Below are positions 43,910-56,800 of a DNA stretch of 64,000 nucleotides, piece after piece. The notes under the pieces are model-generated. The model made no database searches, was not told where the DNA came from, and saw only the letters and a list, made by a program, of their open reading frames with translations. Both the position numbers and the translations under genes were made by a program. Position 1 is the first letter of the stretch; the number at the start of each line of letters is the position of its first letter. The stretch lies in IMG/VR virus record IMGVR_UViG_3300031576_000001, positions 124,001-188,000 of that record. One strand, given 5' to 3'.

Positions 43910-46083
43910 TGCCCTCAAGTGCAAACCCCGCCATCGTCGTCAACCCGGGTCCAGGTAAGTCTCTCCCTGGTCAGGTACAGGTGGGCTCACTAGGAGGGAT
44001 TATCAGTACCAGCGCTGACCTGTCAGCGCACATTTTGGACCCCCAGGACGCTCACTTTGCTGGCGCTATCGGGGTACCGACGACCTACCCCCCCACGGGG
44101 GCGCCCCTCCTCTCCTCGGTGGGGGGTCCGTTTGACGGGGAGTCGGTTCTGGACGTTTTGGTTCAAGTTGCCGGCTTGTTGCCCTCTGCGCCTGACCGTC
44201 TAGGCTTTGACGGCGCCGTGGTCAACTCAGGGGTCACCAATTGGGGTGCCCTTGGGTTGAACGCTCTTACGGGGGGGTTTGCTAACGGAGCCGCGGTACG
44301 GTTCACCAAGAACCTGTTGCCTGACCCTGTCGCTAGCTTTACGGCGCAAGGTAACCTTTACCCTGCTGACCGTGGGGTCTTGGCCGTGTACACCAGCACA
44401 ACGGGCAACTTCCTTGACGGTGCCTCTACGCTGGTTGGCGCTCTTTGGCTAGGAAGCACCGCGAGTCAGCCGGTAGCGCTCACGGTAGCCTCAGCGAACT
44501 TCTCAGAGATAAACCGTGATGCCGGGCAGGGGGACTATGTACCCTCTCTGGTAGGTACGGACAAGCTAGCCCTGACCTTCCGGCTGCCTGTGCTCTCTGA
44601 CTACAGTGCCTTTCCGCTATCAGGGTACGCTAACTTCCCTCAGAGGTTTACGCACTACCAGCTAGCACAGTACGCAATAGCGTCACCCGCGCTGGCCCCA
44701 GGCGACAACGGCTCCATTCTCTTCGCGCATTGGAAGCCAGCCTTTGCCGTGTCGGATGCCGCGATTGCAGGTGGCAACCTTACCCTGGTAACGCTGACCA
44801 GTACCAATGCTTACTCAGCAGTACCCACGCTAGGTGACTTTGACACCGGGGACGTGGTTACCCTCAATAGGCGGTTTATCTTCAGTGACGCGGACAGCGG
44901 TACGGCACCTTCGGGGGTTGGTTTCGCTTCCGCTCTGGCCAACTCCCCGAGCACCAAGTTTCTGTCGGGCATAGCCTACATGGACGGTGCGGCGGCACCC
45001 CTATTCAACATTGACGTGCAGTTCAATGACTTGTTCAACGACTCGTTCAACACGGACGCTACGCCTGACGGGGTGAATACCCCTCTTGGGTTTGGTTCCC
45101 TGGTCAACCCCGTAGCCCTTGACTTCTCCCGGCTAGGCAACAGCACACTGCAAGAGAAGAGCTACAACGAGCTACAGCAAGCCGGCGGTTCACCGTACAC
45201 CCCTGCCTTCTCCCCGCAACCCGGACACACCGGAGAGCTATCTTTGCTAGGCATTAGCCCCGGTGTGCTCTCCCCTATCTTCACTCGCACCGGAACGATC
45301 AGGGTACACCTACGCAAGCCGTACCAACCAGCGGTCTTGTATATCGACACCACCAACTTCCTGGTCAATACGTACCCCAACCCGCCCTCTGTGCTCAACC
45401 CCACCACGGAAACCAAAGAGACCTTCAAGGACGAGTTCTACCGTTACCTAACCACGGTAAGCGTAGCGACCACCAAGGATCTCGTACCAGGGGGCGGTGA
45501 TGTTTACGTTTCCGCCTCTACGCTGGCGCTGGGTGACGGCAACCTCCAAGTAGATGCCTCCAAGCTAGTGTACCCCCAAGGGGACTACAGCAGCCCCGCC
45601 CTGTACCTACCCACACCTCAGCCGGATTACTCTAGCTTTCCAGCGTCAGACCCCTTGAGCCACATTCGGAGCTACGTCCGGGCGTTCAACACAACTCAGG
45701 TGGTCAACAAGGGAAAACTACGGATCAAGGGCGTAGTGCCCGCTGCCTTTGCAGCTACCACCGCTTGGACGGGGGACCGGGTGGCGGACCACCTAGGGGG
45801 GATGGTGGTCGAGTTGTTCTTCCAAGACGCTGACGGACCCACGGTCAAGCGTGCTGACCTGGGGCGACCCAAGGGGAGCCCGGACCTTCTCTCCGAGGAC
45901 ACGCGCGGCTGTCTGGTAGGCAAAGAGGGTTCTGGCGTGGACTGGACGTACACGTTTGAGCTTCCGTGGTTCAACTGGAAAGCTGCGAGTGGTAAGTGCC
46001 CCCTATTTGTCAGGGTCTCGTACTTCAAGAGCGCTGGCGTAAGTCACGAAGTCACGGAAGTTGAGTACCTTCCTCTTGTCTAA
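43909..46083 (+). CDS. virion structural protein (fibre-associated)
   Basis: ATG at 43909 after GGAAGG; 'AHILDPQDAHFAGAI' His motif typical of trimeric fibres. Confidence 0.65.
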   Translation: MPSSANPAIVVNPGPGKSLPGQVQVGSLGGIISTSADLSAHILDPQDAHFAGAIGVPTTYPPTGAPLLSSVGGPFDGESVLDVLVQVAGLLPSAPDRLGFDGAVVNSGVTNWGALGLNALTGGFANGAAVRFTKNLLPDPVASFTAQGNLYPADRGVLAVYTSTTGNFLDGASTLVGALWLGSTASQPVALTVASANFSEINRDAGQGDYVPSLVGTDKLALTFRLPVLSDYSAFPLSGYANFPQRFTHYQLAQYAIASPALAPGDNGSILFAHWKPAFAVSDAAIAGGNLTLVTLTSTNAYSAVPTLGDFDTGDVVTLNRRFIFSDADSGTAPSGVGFASALANSPSTKFLSGIAYMDGAAAPLFNIDVQFNDLFNDSFNTDATPDGVNTPLGFGSLVNPVALDFSRLGNSTLQEKSYNELQQAGGSPYTPAFSPQPGHTGELSLLGISPGVLSPIFTRTGTIRVHLRKPYQPAVLYIDTTNFLVNTYPNPPSVLNPTTETKETFKDEFYRYLTTVSVATTKDLVPGGGDVYVSASTLALGDGNLQVDASKLVYPQGDYSSPALYLPTPQPDYSSFPASDPLSHIRSYVRAFNTTQVVNKGKLRIKGVVPAAFAATTAWTGDRVADHLGGMVVELFFQDADGPTVKRADLGRPKGSPDLLSEDTRGCLVGKEGSGVDWTYTFELPWFNWKAASGKCPLFVRVSYFKSAGVSHEVTEVEYLPLV

Positions 46084-46096
46084 GGTCTAAGCGAAG

Positions 46097-49000
46097 ATGA
46101 GCGCCACACACACACCGACTACGACCGAGACCAATCTGACGGTGCCCGAGAGGGAGGCTTTGCGTCATGCCGACCTCTTCTCTCAGGAAAAAGCTCTCAC
46201 GCTGGGCGGCAACGAACCCTTTACCACGGGGGTTAGCCAGACCTTTGCAGACCATCTTTCCCCTACGCCCACCGAAGAACCGGGTAAGGGGTTGGGGACG
46301 TTTACCAAGGTGAATCTGCCCGCTGAGGTAGCCTCTTGGTACGGACCCACGCAGCCAACCCAAGGCACAGAGGGTCGGGCGCTCAACATCTCGACCTGGC
46401 AAGACCTTACCCAGACTTTTGGGCTTTCAGTCTTGCCAGGGGACGTACTCTTGGTAAAAGCCAAGAGCGGGTCTACGACGGACAACGCTTACGCGGTGGG
46501 CACTGTGTCTGCACTGACAGGCACAACCCTCACGCTGACCAACATTGTCAACCCCTCCAACGTGGGCTCCGAGGATGAGCTAGACCCCGCGCCCCTAGAG
46601 GTAGGCTGGAGCTACATCGTCATCCGTCCTAACGCCAAGAGGCTCTTTGCGCTTCCTGGGTCTGGACCCTTGGGGAGTGAGCAAGCCTTTCTCTTCGTGG
46701 ACAGCTCGGCGCCTCACACGGTCGCAGCCCCCAGGCTCGACGGTATCGAGGGCGCCCGTATCACCAAGATCGTACCCCCTCAGCTTGGTACGGGCGACAG
46801 GGCGGACTCGGTTTACGACTTCGGCGCACGCACGGGGCTAGACAAGCTGGGGTACAGGGTCGTCTTGTACCCTGATAACGGGGCAGGCGCACCAGACCTT
46901 ACCAAGCCGATCACGTCCACCACGCCGGTTCTGGACAGCACCAAGCCGGCGGCGGACCAGAGGATGACGGTGGACTACCACGCTGGCGTGGTACGGTTTG
47001 CCATCCCTCCGGTGACGGGTAGTGAGGTCAAACCCAGTGCCCTCTGCGTGGAACCTGCCACAGGGAGGCTGCGCCTCTATGCTGTCTACTGGGCTTCGCA
47101 ACCCACGGTAGCTCCTTACGTAGAGGGCGCTCCCAAGGAGCTTTACCACGTAAGGTCGGATGAGTACGACGCTAAGGCGGCGGGCTTTGTCCGGTACGAC
47201 GCTGCCCGCGAGGCTTGGTTGCTAGGGGCTACTGACACCGGAGAGGAACTTTACGTCCAGGCGCTCACAGGGACGGGGGTTACGTACTTTGGGGTCCAAG
47301 ACAGCACTACACCGCTCTCGACGGAGAGATACTTTGCGTACACTCAGGGCGATAACGCTTGGAAGTTCAAGAGGCAGCCGCTAACTGAGCCGGTGACAGA
47401 CCCCGCTACGTCCATGGACCTTGTGGTCGCGGACAAGACGGCGTTTACGGTGGGCGCGGGCGCTAACCCCCCGCAGAACCCCGGGGGGGACTACAACCCC
47501 TCTGGGCTGGTAGGCTACCGAGACCCCACGACCAAGCTGCAAGAGGCAGTCAAGGCTGCGATTCTTGACGGTTACGGCGAGGTTCATCTTCGGAGAGGGG
47601 AGTACCGTTTGACCAGCACGGTCACGGTGCCCCCTGGCGTGAAGATCACTGGCGAGGGTGCGGCTACCAGGGTGGTCTCTAAACCGGATGGTGCTGGCGA
47701 CGCTCACGCCCTCTTCAAGTTTGGCGCAAACACGCCTTGGGGGGTGTGGGACGCTGATTACCCTCTCTCAGGGAGCTACACCCCTCCTAGCGTAACTCTT
47801 GACCCTACGGCAAGGATTGAGGGGTATGATATTGTTTGGAACCCTGTACGCCGTGTATGGGGTGTAACGTGGGCGGACAGTGTAGCTAACGAGGTTTACT
47901 TCCGAGAGGTGGACCTACAGGGTCAGTGGTCCTCTCAGACTCTCACGGTAGCGACGCTCCCCCTCTTTACTCGCTTCACGGCGCACGCTCTAGCTCCGCA
48001 CCATACCACGGGCCACTACCCCAGGATGGTTCACGTAGAGGGTACGGATGAGTACGTCGTGGTTTACGTGCGCGACACAGGTGCCGGGCCAGAGTCCGTT
48101 ATCGAGACGGTAAAACGGTTGGCTGGTGCTTTCAGTTTGAAGTTCCCGTCCACCACAGTTACGGGGGACTACGCAAATAACAGTACGCCAAGTCTAGCCT
48201 CTTCGGGCTCCGAGGTACGTCTGGCGTTCTCCTCGTTTGCTTCCGATTACAGCACGGTGAGTGTACAGACGGCGAGCTATGATGTAGGCACAGGTCTTCT
48301 TACACCGGTAGACACCACGGGGGACCGTGACGCAAATCGCATCATCACGTCCGTGGACATCGCGGCTAAGAACGACAGCACCTACGCCGTGGTCTGGTCC
48401 GAGAGACAAGGACTCCTTGTTACGTCGGTCTGTGGTACAACGGTAAGCTCAAATGTGGTTACCGTTGGTGGGATTATTGTGCTCCTACTGCTCCCTGGGA
48501 TGCGCTTTCTCTGTCACGACAACTTGGCCTCCGTGGATAACGGTAGGAGCGGGGTCATCGTAGGCGTGGCGGGGCTGAACGTCACGGTGGCTTTTGATGA
48601 TGGTGACCAATTCTTTCACTCGAATACCGCGGGTTTCAACTTCTCAGCGGCGCCCCTGTCCACGATATACGCAGCGACTTCAACCGATATGGCAGGGGGG
48701 AGCACGCTCCTTGTCGTGGTTGCTGGTGGTGAAATTACTTCTTTCTACAGTAGAGACGAGCGCGAGCCTGACTTTGTTAGGATTTGTCGTGGGGGTGACG
48801 GCTGGCTCATTGTGTACCAACTGTTTGACACCGTGGCTCGTCTAGCGGGCGACACCATGCGGAACCTTGACGACGGTTTCAACACAGTGTTTTACGACAG
48901 TAGCGCCACCTACCCCCCGGACGGTGACGTACCGTTGGCCAGCCTCTCGGTACACAGAGAGTACCTCTCTACGTGCTTTGCTTTGCTGGGGGACAACTTT

Positions 49001-52000
49001 ACACTCACGGGGCCAACACCTTCCGACAGAACAGGTCTCAACCCCACCAGCCTCTCAGACTTCCCTGCGATGGGTGCGGACACACACCGTACCGGGCGAG
49101 TGCTAGGGGGTCGTAAGCCTATCCGGGTTCCTTGGGCAAACAGCGTTCTCAACACGTCGCGCCCTGAGCTAGAGGTCTCTGCCAGGAATTACTGCCACGC
49201 TTGGAACCTTGTAGACGACAAAGTACCCTCTTTGTTGCCCGACGTGACGTGGACCGGAGAGGATTGGATGGTGGTCTCTCCGACCATGGCGGGCATTTGG
49301 TCGGACACGGGGGTAATCAGTAATGACGCGGGCACCGAGATCCTGACTGACGAGAGCTTCATCTTTGGTACAGGGTCAAGCCCAACGTCCAACAATGATG
49401 GGTCTTTTCTACCCCTCACGGTTACACCCTTCTCTGACGCGGTTTACTTTCCAGTCACGGGTGAGACTGTTTTGATTACGGGGGTGCGCAGCGAGCACGT
49501 AATTGAACTCGCTTCTATTCCCGTTGCGCCCGTGGGTATCCCTGGGAGCCAGAAAGAGTGGTGTTTGGTTAACGGTAGCACCACACTAGGACTATCGGGG
49601 GGAATGCCTAACCTGGGTTTCCGGGTCTCTACCAAGGGTGAGGTACTCACTACCTCTTCGTACCTCACCTTCGCCATCCCCGAATCCGTTTCGACTTCTC
49701 GCCCGCGTAGCCAAGAGGTTCTCAACCGTAGCCTCTGGGGTGACGCTACCTTTTCAACCCGAAAGTACGGGGACACCAGCCTCTCTTGGAATGACCAAGT
49801 AAGCACGTCCAAGCTCGCCGCGGACCTCACGGTACAAGGTGTCACTTTGGGCGCCCCTAAGCCTACCTCGGAGCAAGCCCGGCTAGAGAGCCCCCTCTGT
49901 GCCATTGCGTGGGGTGAGAACACCTACGGACTGGTAGACCGGATCACGGGGGGTATCGGTGGGGGTCGCGTCAACAAGCTCAACTTCTACCGCCAGAGCT
50001 TCGGACGGTGGAACTCCTCTCTGGAGAGCATGACCCTTACCGGGGGCGCGGCTACCCTGAGCCAAGAGTCCTTCGAGCACGTCTACACCCGTCACGGGTG
50101 GGTCACGTCAGCGCAAGTGGGGTGGTCCACGGACGGCTACCGCACCTTCTTCCCCCATTTCACAGCCCGCTTCTTGAAGGGGCTCATGAACACGGGCAGC
50201 CTCTTTGACCTTGCGTCCGGTGACCCTGCTCGCGATACAGATTGGTTTGTTGACCTCTCAGCGATGGTTGCTGACCAAGAGGGTGGTCATGGGGTCAGGG
50301 TCCGGGGCACACCGTTTGCGCTAACACCCACGAGAGACCCCACGGACAACTTCTTGGGGATTGCCAACGTGCCAGGGGTCGGCTTGACCAACCTGAACAC
50401 GATGCAACCCAAGTCTCTTTGGAATGGTCGTGACTGGGTAGTCTTCTTCCCGGGGGTTTTGGTCAACGCGCAGCCCGCGAACGCCATTTCGATTGAGAAG
50501 ATGATGCACCACCGTGGGGTCATATCCATGGTGGTCTTCCCCGGAGAGGGTCTGGAAATGGACGGGGCGTTGGTAGGTGACGAGCTTACCAACCCGGCGG
50601 CACTGGCGACCAACCTACGGTCAGCCAAGGTGGTAGCCACGGGGCACATAACCTGCGGGGCGTACAACCTGAGCATGAACCGAGAGGTAGTCTTGCTTGA
50701 CGTAGCCTACTCGGGCAAGACGTACTGCGTTGTGTGGTCGATGGGGCTACAGACCACGGACCCTTCTACAGTGAGCACGGCGTTCACGGGTGCCAATGGT
50801 GGTAACCTCATAGGGTACACTCTATTTCACGACAGCACCGGAACCACGACAGCCTTTGGTAACGTGGTGTCTGGTAGCATTTCCGCACCAGACACCTTTG
50901 ACCCGGGAGGAGGGGTGACACACCTCCTAGAGCTTGACTCTACCATCCCGGGCTTGACGGTAGACAACCAGCAACGCAAGGCGAGGTTCTTGTCACCCAA
51001 GATTATTTGGGATGGTAAGCAATTTCAAATCTTCGTGGTTCACCGTGACGACAACTACGGCGCGCTGGCTACAGACCACGGTTTCATGAAACAGGTTGCA
51101 GTGGCAGAGGATGGCAGTGGGCACACATTGCAAATGCGGAATGCTGCAAATCGCTATGTCCCAGTGGCGGGATACGGCACGGCAAGGGTGCTAGGGCAGT
51201 TCACCATTGACCCCTACTTGAAGCCCGCGGGTGCGAAGCTGGTGTTGAGGCTCAACCTCACGACTTCAGGGCCATTCGGAGAGTATGGTGGTGTTGTGCT
51301 GCCTGGGGACACTTTGGTCATAACCAAAGTAACGGATTTGCTGGGCACTTTGGAGGAATTCAAGCTCGCTGGCGTTTACACGGTAACGGATTACGATGCA
51401 CAGAACGGTTATGTTTCCCTTTCCGCTGACTTCGATAGCACGCTAGCAGGGCCGTCTTACCTGGCATACGGCTATCTTCTCTCTGGGGGTATGGCCGCCA
51501 AGAGGGATGCTCCCTCCGGGGCGTTGACTAACGCCGGTCAGAACTACCTACAGACGGTGGTTTCCACCGAGCCCACTTCCACGTTGCAAAACATGGTCCG
51601 TATCTGGGACACCGCCTACAACGAAGAGAATGGGGAGTATACCCTCTTGGTGGAAGCCGAGGGCGACGGGGGCTTTTTCCTCGGGCTTCTAGCCTTCTCA
51701 CGGTCTACAGGGTCCGTTGTCCGTGAAGTCGAGCTGGCAGGTATAGTTGGACCCGTTACCTACCTTGACGCCTCTCTAGCTTGGAACGGCGACCGTTACT
51801 TCGTCGCCGCTGCCAAGAAAGACGCCATCGCAGGGGAGTCTGTGGACACCTACCTCGTCAGCCGTGACTTCATGGTCGAAGAGGCTAATGCACCGGCCTA
51901 CGTGCCCACTGACTTCGTGGGTAACACGGGGCGGAAGATGCCTGGACCTGGGTACGGGGCGTACTCCGCAGCTTCCAACCTGCCGCTGGCTAGTTTCCGG

Positions 52001-53188
52001 GGCGTCAAGGTCAAGTGGAACCCTGTCCTTGGACGGTGGGGTCTGGCGGTCTCTCTTGTGTGGTCCGGTCACGGGGCGGCTCAACTTTACCAGACCGGGT
52101 GGAATGTCAGGTCTCTTCTCGACGAGCCGGCAACAACCCTTGGGGTGGGTGTCCGGGTAGGTCGCGACTTCGGTTTGACTGTGGGAACTGCGTACCGCCA
52201 GCCTGGAATGCGCTTCTTGACGCAGAGGCTCACCCCCCTCTTTGGTCTCACGGCGCCAGACTTTGCATCTAGCTTGCCCCAGGTTATCGCGGATACCGTA
52301 ACCTTGGTCAACTCCTCTCAAAACGCCAAGGTGGGCGACCTCTTTGCAGTTGCAGGGAGAGGGCCAGGGGGCACAGATATTCGCAGAACCGCCACCCTTT
52401 TCGGGGGCGCGGCGCTGGACAATGCCAGCGTGGACATGCCGTGGAATGACGCAACGAACGCCATTGATGTGGCAGTGGGTGATTATGACGCTGTGCCCCC
52501 GGACGGAACCTTTACTGTTGTGGGACGCCTCGCTCAGTACAATTTGCTGTTCAACGAAGGCGCTGGCGTTACCTATACCGCGACAAGTCTTACGGATACT
52601 GATGTCTTCCCAGGGTTCATTACCATGGGAGTGCAACCAGGGGACCGTGTTTACGTGGGCGGTAACGCTTTGGTCTACGTGCTGTCCGTGGCGCCCACCG
52701 TGCTCACCACAACACCCTTTGGGGTGCTCCCCCCCGCAGGCACGCACTACACGGTCACACGTCCCTCCTCTTACCTCTACAACCTGAAGTCCTCGCTAAG
52801 CACAATCTTGCTCACGGGTGACGTGGATGCCGCTACCCAGCGCACCCCCCTCTTGGAGTCTACCGGGGGACACACCCTGGAATTCCTACCCAGAGAGGAC
52901 GTGTTCCTGATTACGCTTGGGTACGGCACGCCTTGTGTAGAGGTAGACGGAGCCGAAGGCGTCGCTCTAAGTAACCTCACCCTCGGGGGTAGCCAGGACA
53001 TCACGGTCAAAGTAGCTCAACACCCCTGGCTTGCTCAGTCCGGGCTTGCCGTGGGCTGCGTTGACTCCGGCTCCCCCCTCTACCCCAAGAGACCTTCTCT
53101 GGCTTTCAGGTTCCCCGTGCCTAGAGAAGCCCCCGTGACGCTAAGCAATGTGGTAAGCCGCACCAAAATGCGGTACAAGGGAGTCTTA
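46097..53188 (+). CDS. very large tailspike/fibre-like protein
   Basis: 'VHLRRGEYRLTSTVTVPPGVKITGEG' beta-helix entry motif and many 'W.G..Y.V.W' propeller-like repeats; first in-frame TTA 53186-53188 follows ~2360 TTA-free codons. Confidence 0.7.
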
Positions 53189-53191
53189 GCC

Positions 53192-53809
53192 ATGGGCGCC
53201 ACCCTCTACCTCATTGACCTTTACAACGACGAGATCAATGCAGCCCTGTCGGACAGCGCCGCTGCCCTGACCAGCAAAGAGGTCACCGGGAACTACGTCA
53301 TCCCCTACGGGCTCTCCCTACCCCTCTTGGCGCCCCCTACAAGCCGAGCCAACTTGCTCTTGCAGAAGCATCAAGGGCTCCTGGCCATGCACCCTGGCTT
53401 TACGAACCAAGCCTACGATGACTGCCTGGACGCCAACGGCTTTGACCTGACCTACCCCTTCACCCTCGGCTCTTTCGGGGAGCGGGGCTCTATCAAGTTC
53501 AACACGGCGCAAACCGTCATGGTGCCGCTGGCGTTCGCGCCAGCCCAGGTCGTTCTCAACTTCGAGCCGTACACGTACAGCGACAGTGACAACGCGACGG
53601 GCTTGTACCAGCGAACCTACCAAGAGGTTGCACCCTCGGTCTTTACTGCCACGGCGAGCTTCAACAATGGGGCTACCTTCGTTAGCCTCTTGGCAGGCGG
53701 TTTGGAGAGCATCCCCCTGGCAGACCAAGGAAACCAGTTCATTCTGAGGCTGACACTGGCGTTCCCTGGTCCTCACGTCGGGCTTGCAGGTTGGTCCTTG
53801 CTATACTAA
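53192..53809 (+). CDS. hypothetical structural protein (205 aa), separate gene under TTA-stop reading
   Basis: AAGGGAG SD at 53177-53183, then TTA-GCC-ATG; fused in frame to 46097 under the standard code. Confidence 0.6.
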   Translation: MGATLYLIDLYNDEINAALSDSAAALTSKEVTGNYVIPYGLSLPLLAPPTSRANLLLQKHQGLLAMHPGFTNQAYDDCLDANGFDLTYPFTLGSFGERGSIKFNTAQTVMVPLAFAPAQVVLNFEPYTYSDSDNATGLYQRTYQEVAPSVFTATASFNNGATFVSLLAGGLESIPLADQGNQFILRLTLAFPGPHVGLAGWSLLY

Positions 53810-53822
53810 AGCCTTAGCCAAG

Positions 53823-56800
53823 ATGAGTAACGACAACCTGGGACCAGGGGTCTCTCGTGTTCTCGACCCCACGTCAACACAGTACGACCTCGTTGTCTGG
53901 CAAGCGGACAAGCCTCCGCTCGATTCCGAGCTGAACCTGCTTCAACAGCTAGCCACGCAAGGGCTAGCTCAGTCCCATCACGTCAACACGCCCTCCGGGT
54001 GGCTCTCCAACAGCACCAACCCCAGCGACGTTTACGAAACCAACCCCCTCTGGTCCAACTGGTTCAAGTTTGGTCACCAAGGCTCTGGCGAGAAACGTGC
54101 CATCCCCTGGGCTGTCGTCAACGGGTGGTATATCCCGGTCACCGCTACCCAAACAGGCACCCCCCCGGGTAGCGCAGACAACACAGCGACTTGGAACCGG
54201 GTTACACTAGACCCCCCTCCCCTGAACGCAGGGGACAAGCGGGTTGACTTCATTTTCCTAGAGGCGTGGCGAGCCCGCGTACCCACGGGGGTTGCCGCCT
54301 CTAAGCCAGAGGCCGCCTCCGTGTACCGCTTTGGTAACGTAGAGGGGGGCACGTCCTACCTACCCGACGACCTACAAGACCCTGAGATCGGAGTCGAGAC
54401 TACCCAGAGGGTACAGGTTCAGTACCGGCTCAGGGTAGTCACGGGGCTTCTAGGGCTCGCGGCGTACCCTGATGGTTTTGACATCACCAAGGTTTTTGCG
54501 AGGGGGCTAGCTGCCGTACCTGGGAGCTACACGTTCGCCAACATGAGGCAAGAGCTAGGTGACCCTGGGCTCTGGCGCGCTGGTGACGGCTCGCTACCTG
54601 CCCAGACCGCCCTTGGCACGGTAGACGGCTACACTTACGCAATCCCGCTGGCTTTCATCTTCCGGCGCAACGGAGTGGCGTGGAATGGTGACCCCTTCGC
54701 TAACTTGAATGGGGGGGTCAATCGCAACCCTACGGCCACCTCTCGGGCGGGTTTCAAGACGTTTTCTGCGATGCCCACGCTGGCAACAGATTTGTCGTCA
54801 ACAAGTTTGTCGTCAACTTTGTCAGCCTACACGGCGAACACGTTGCCTTTGCCAGCCACCCCTACCTCTCCGGTGCTCCTCAAGATTGGGGACGAGCTAG
54901 TCACCTACCAAACCGTCTCAGGCACGACGTTGACGCTGGTAGCCCGTGGGGTCAACGGTACCAGGGCAGAGACCCACAAGGCGGGCACGCCGGTAGAAAT
55001 TGTGCCTGGGCGACCCGATGGTTACTTTGCAGACCAGATTGCAGCCACGGACATTCTGGACGCTAGGCACGTCGTAAGCCCCCAGGGGTTTGACTACAAC
55101 GCCCTTCTTAGGGGGGCACTAGGCAAGCTCCTGAGAGGGGACTTGCAGGCTAATTGGAAGAGTGCAGATCAGACCCAGGGTCCGTGGCTTCTCTACCAGG
55201 ACAAGGTAACAGATGGGGCGGTGGCCCTCGGGGTAACCAAGCTGGACGGTCCTAACCTTGTCAGGCGCGTTTGGAGTGACGCCTCTACGCTGGAAACGGT
55301 GGACACCCACGTCACCCCTTCGCCTGGCATCGTCCCCGGTCCCGGGGCAGTTCAGATTGCAACCCCGTGGTCCTTGTCGCTACCCGCAGAGACCACGTTT
55401 CAGTCGGTACCGAATGAGTTTAACTCAGGGGACATTATCAGGATTCAGCCTAACGCCTTTCAGCAAGGGCTAGGCGCGGACACCGACCAAGTACGGTTTG
55501 TCAACGATGGCTTGGCTGGGGCGGTACAGGTTCGTATCCGAGGTCAGTCCTTTTCGATAGACCCCATTTTCATCACAGTAACCCCCCTAAACCCCAACCC
55601 TGGAGACCCTCTAGTCATTACCTTTGTGGGTTCTGGGATCTACCCCATTGCGGGCGACGTGGCGATCACGGTGAGGGTGCTGTACGGACCCGGTAGAGGC
55701 ACGTCACGCAAGTTTGACAGCGTACACTCCCTGGCGATGCTGACGAATGCCGGGGGTGAGTACCTCTTGGCGGGTCCGACAGTACCGGCTAGCAACGTGC
55801 CGCTTCGCGCGGCTTGGCTCCCTCTGTGGTCCAGGTTCCGTAACACCCTCTTTGCAGGACAATGGCCCACTACCGCAGAGGCTTACGCTGACGCTTCTAG
55901 CAAGACGGTGGCTATCCAGCCTTTCCGTCGCATCACGTTCCCCCAGGCAGTAACGCAGGACGGCAACGCCGTAAACGGTTATGGTAACGTGACCTACGTG
56001 GGTGCAAACGCTACCACCAATGGCTCAGACACCCTCAGTAAGGTGGATGGCACCTTTGCCGGCTTTCTGGTGGGTTTTGCCCTGGTCATTACGAGTGGGC
56101 CCGCCAAGGGTCGTTACACTGTGACAGCCGTACCCAATCCTCTACAAGTACAGGTTGAGGGCATCTTGCCCTCAACACTGCCTCTAGGTATACCTGTATC
56201 AGCCTTCCACTTTGAGGACGCACGGGGTATCATGCCCACGGTGGACAGCAACTTGCTGCCAAAGTGGGTTACCACGGACCCCTTGGGGCTATTTGCTGGG
56301 AGTGTCATTGGACCGCTCAACAACGCATTCCAGCGGAACCTGTACGTTACACTGCCCCGTCACCTTGTACCGGGGTGGGGTGACATTCTCTCCCCGGTCA
56401 TGTTGCCCGGGGGCTCTGTGGTGTTTGACGAGGGTGTCAACTTCGGGTTGCAGTCTAAACAGGGTAGCGTCTATTCGGATACCAACCACAACCCACAGTA
56501 TATCAACTACGTTAACGCACCCTACACTAACGCGGTCTTCTCGACGCACAACCTCACTTCCCTGCCTGGTACGGTAGCGGCGACATACAACGCGGTTACA
56601 CCCTCTCCGGGTGTAGCGGGTGCAAGGTTTTACTCTGACCCCACGGGTAGAGCGGGCGTCGAGCTACCCCCGTTCTATGGTGTGGCTCGCCTCTGGGCAG
56701 TGTACGAGGCTCAGGACTACCTGACCAATGGCAGCGCTTACGTTAGTGCGACGAGAAGCCCACTGGTCATTGGAAGCCCGGCTCAGAACCTTCTACGGCA

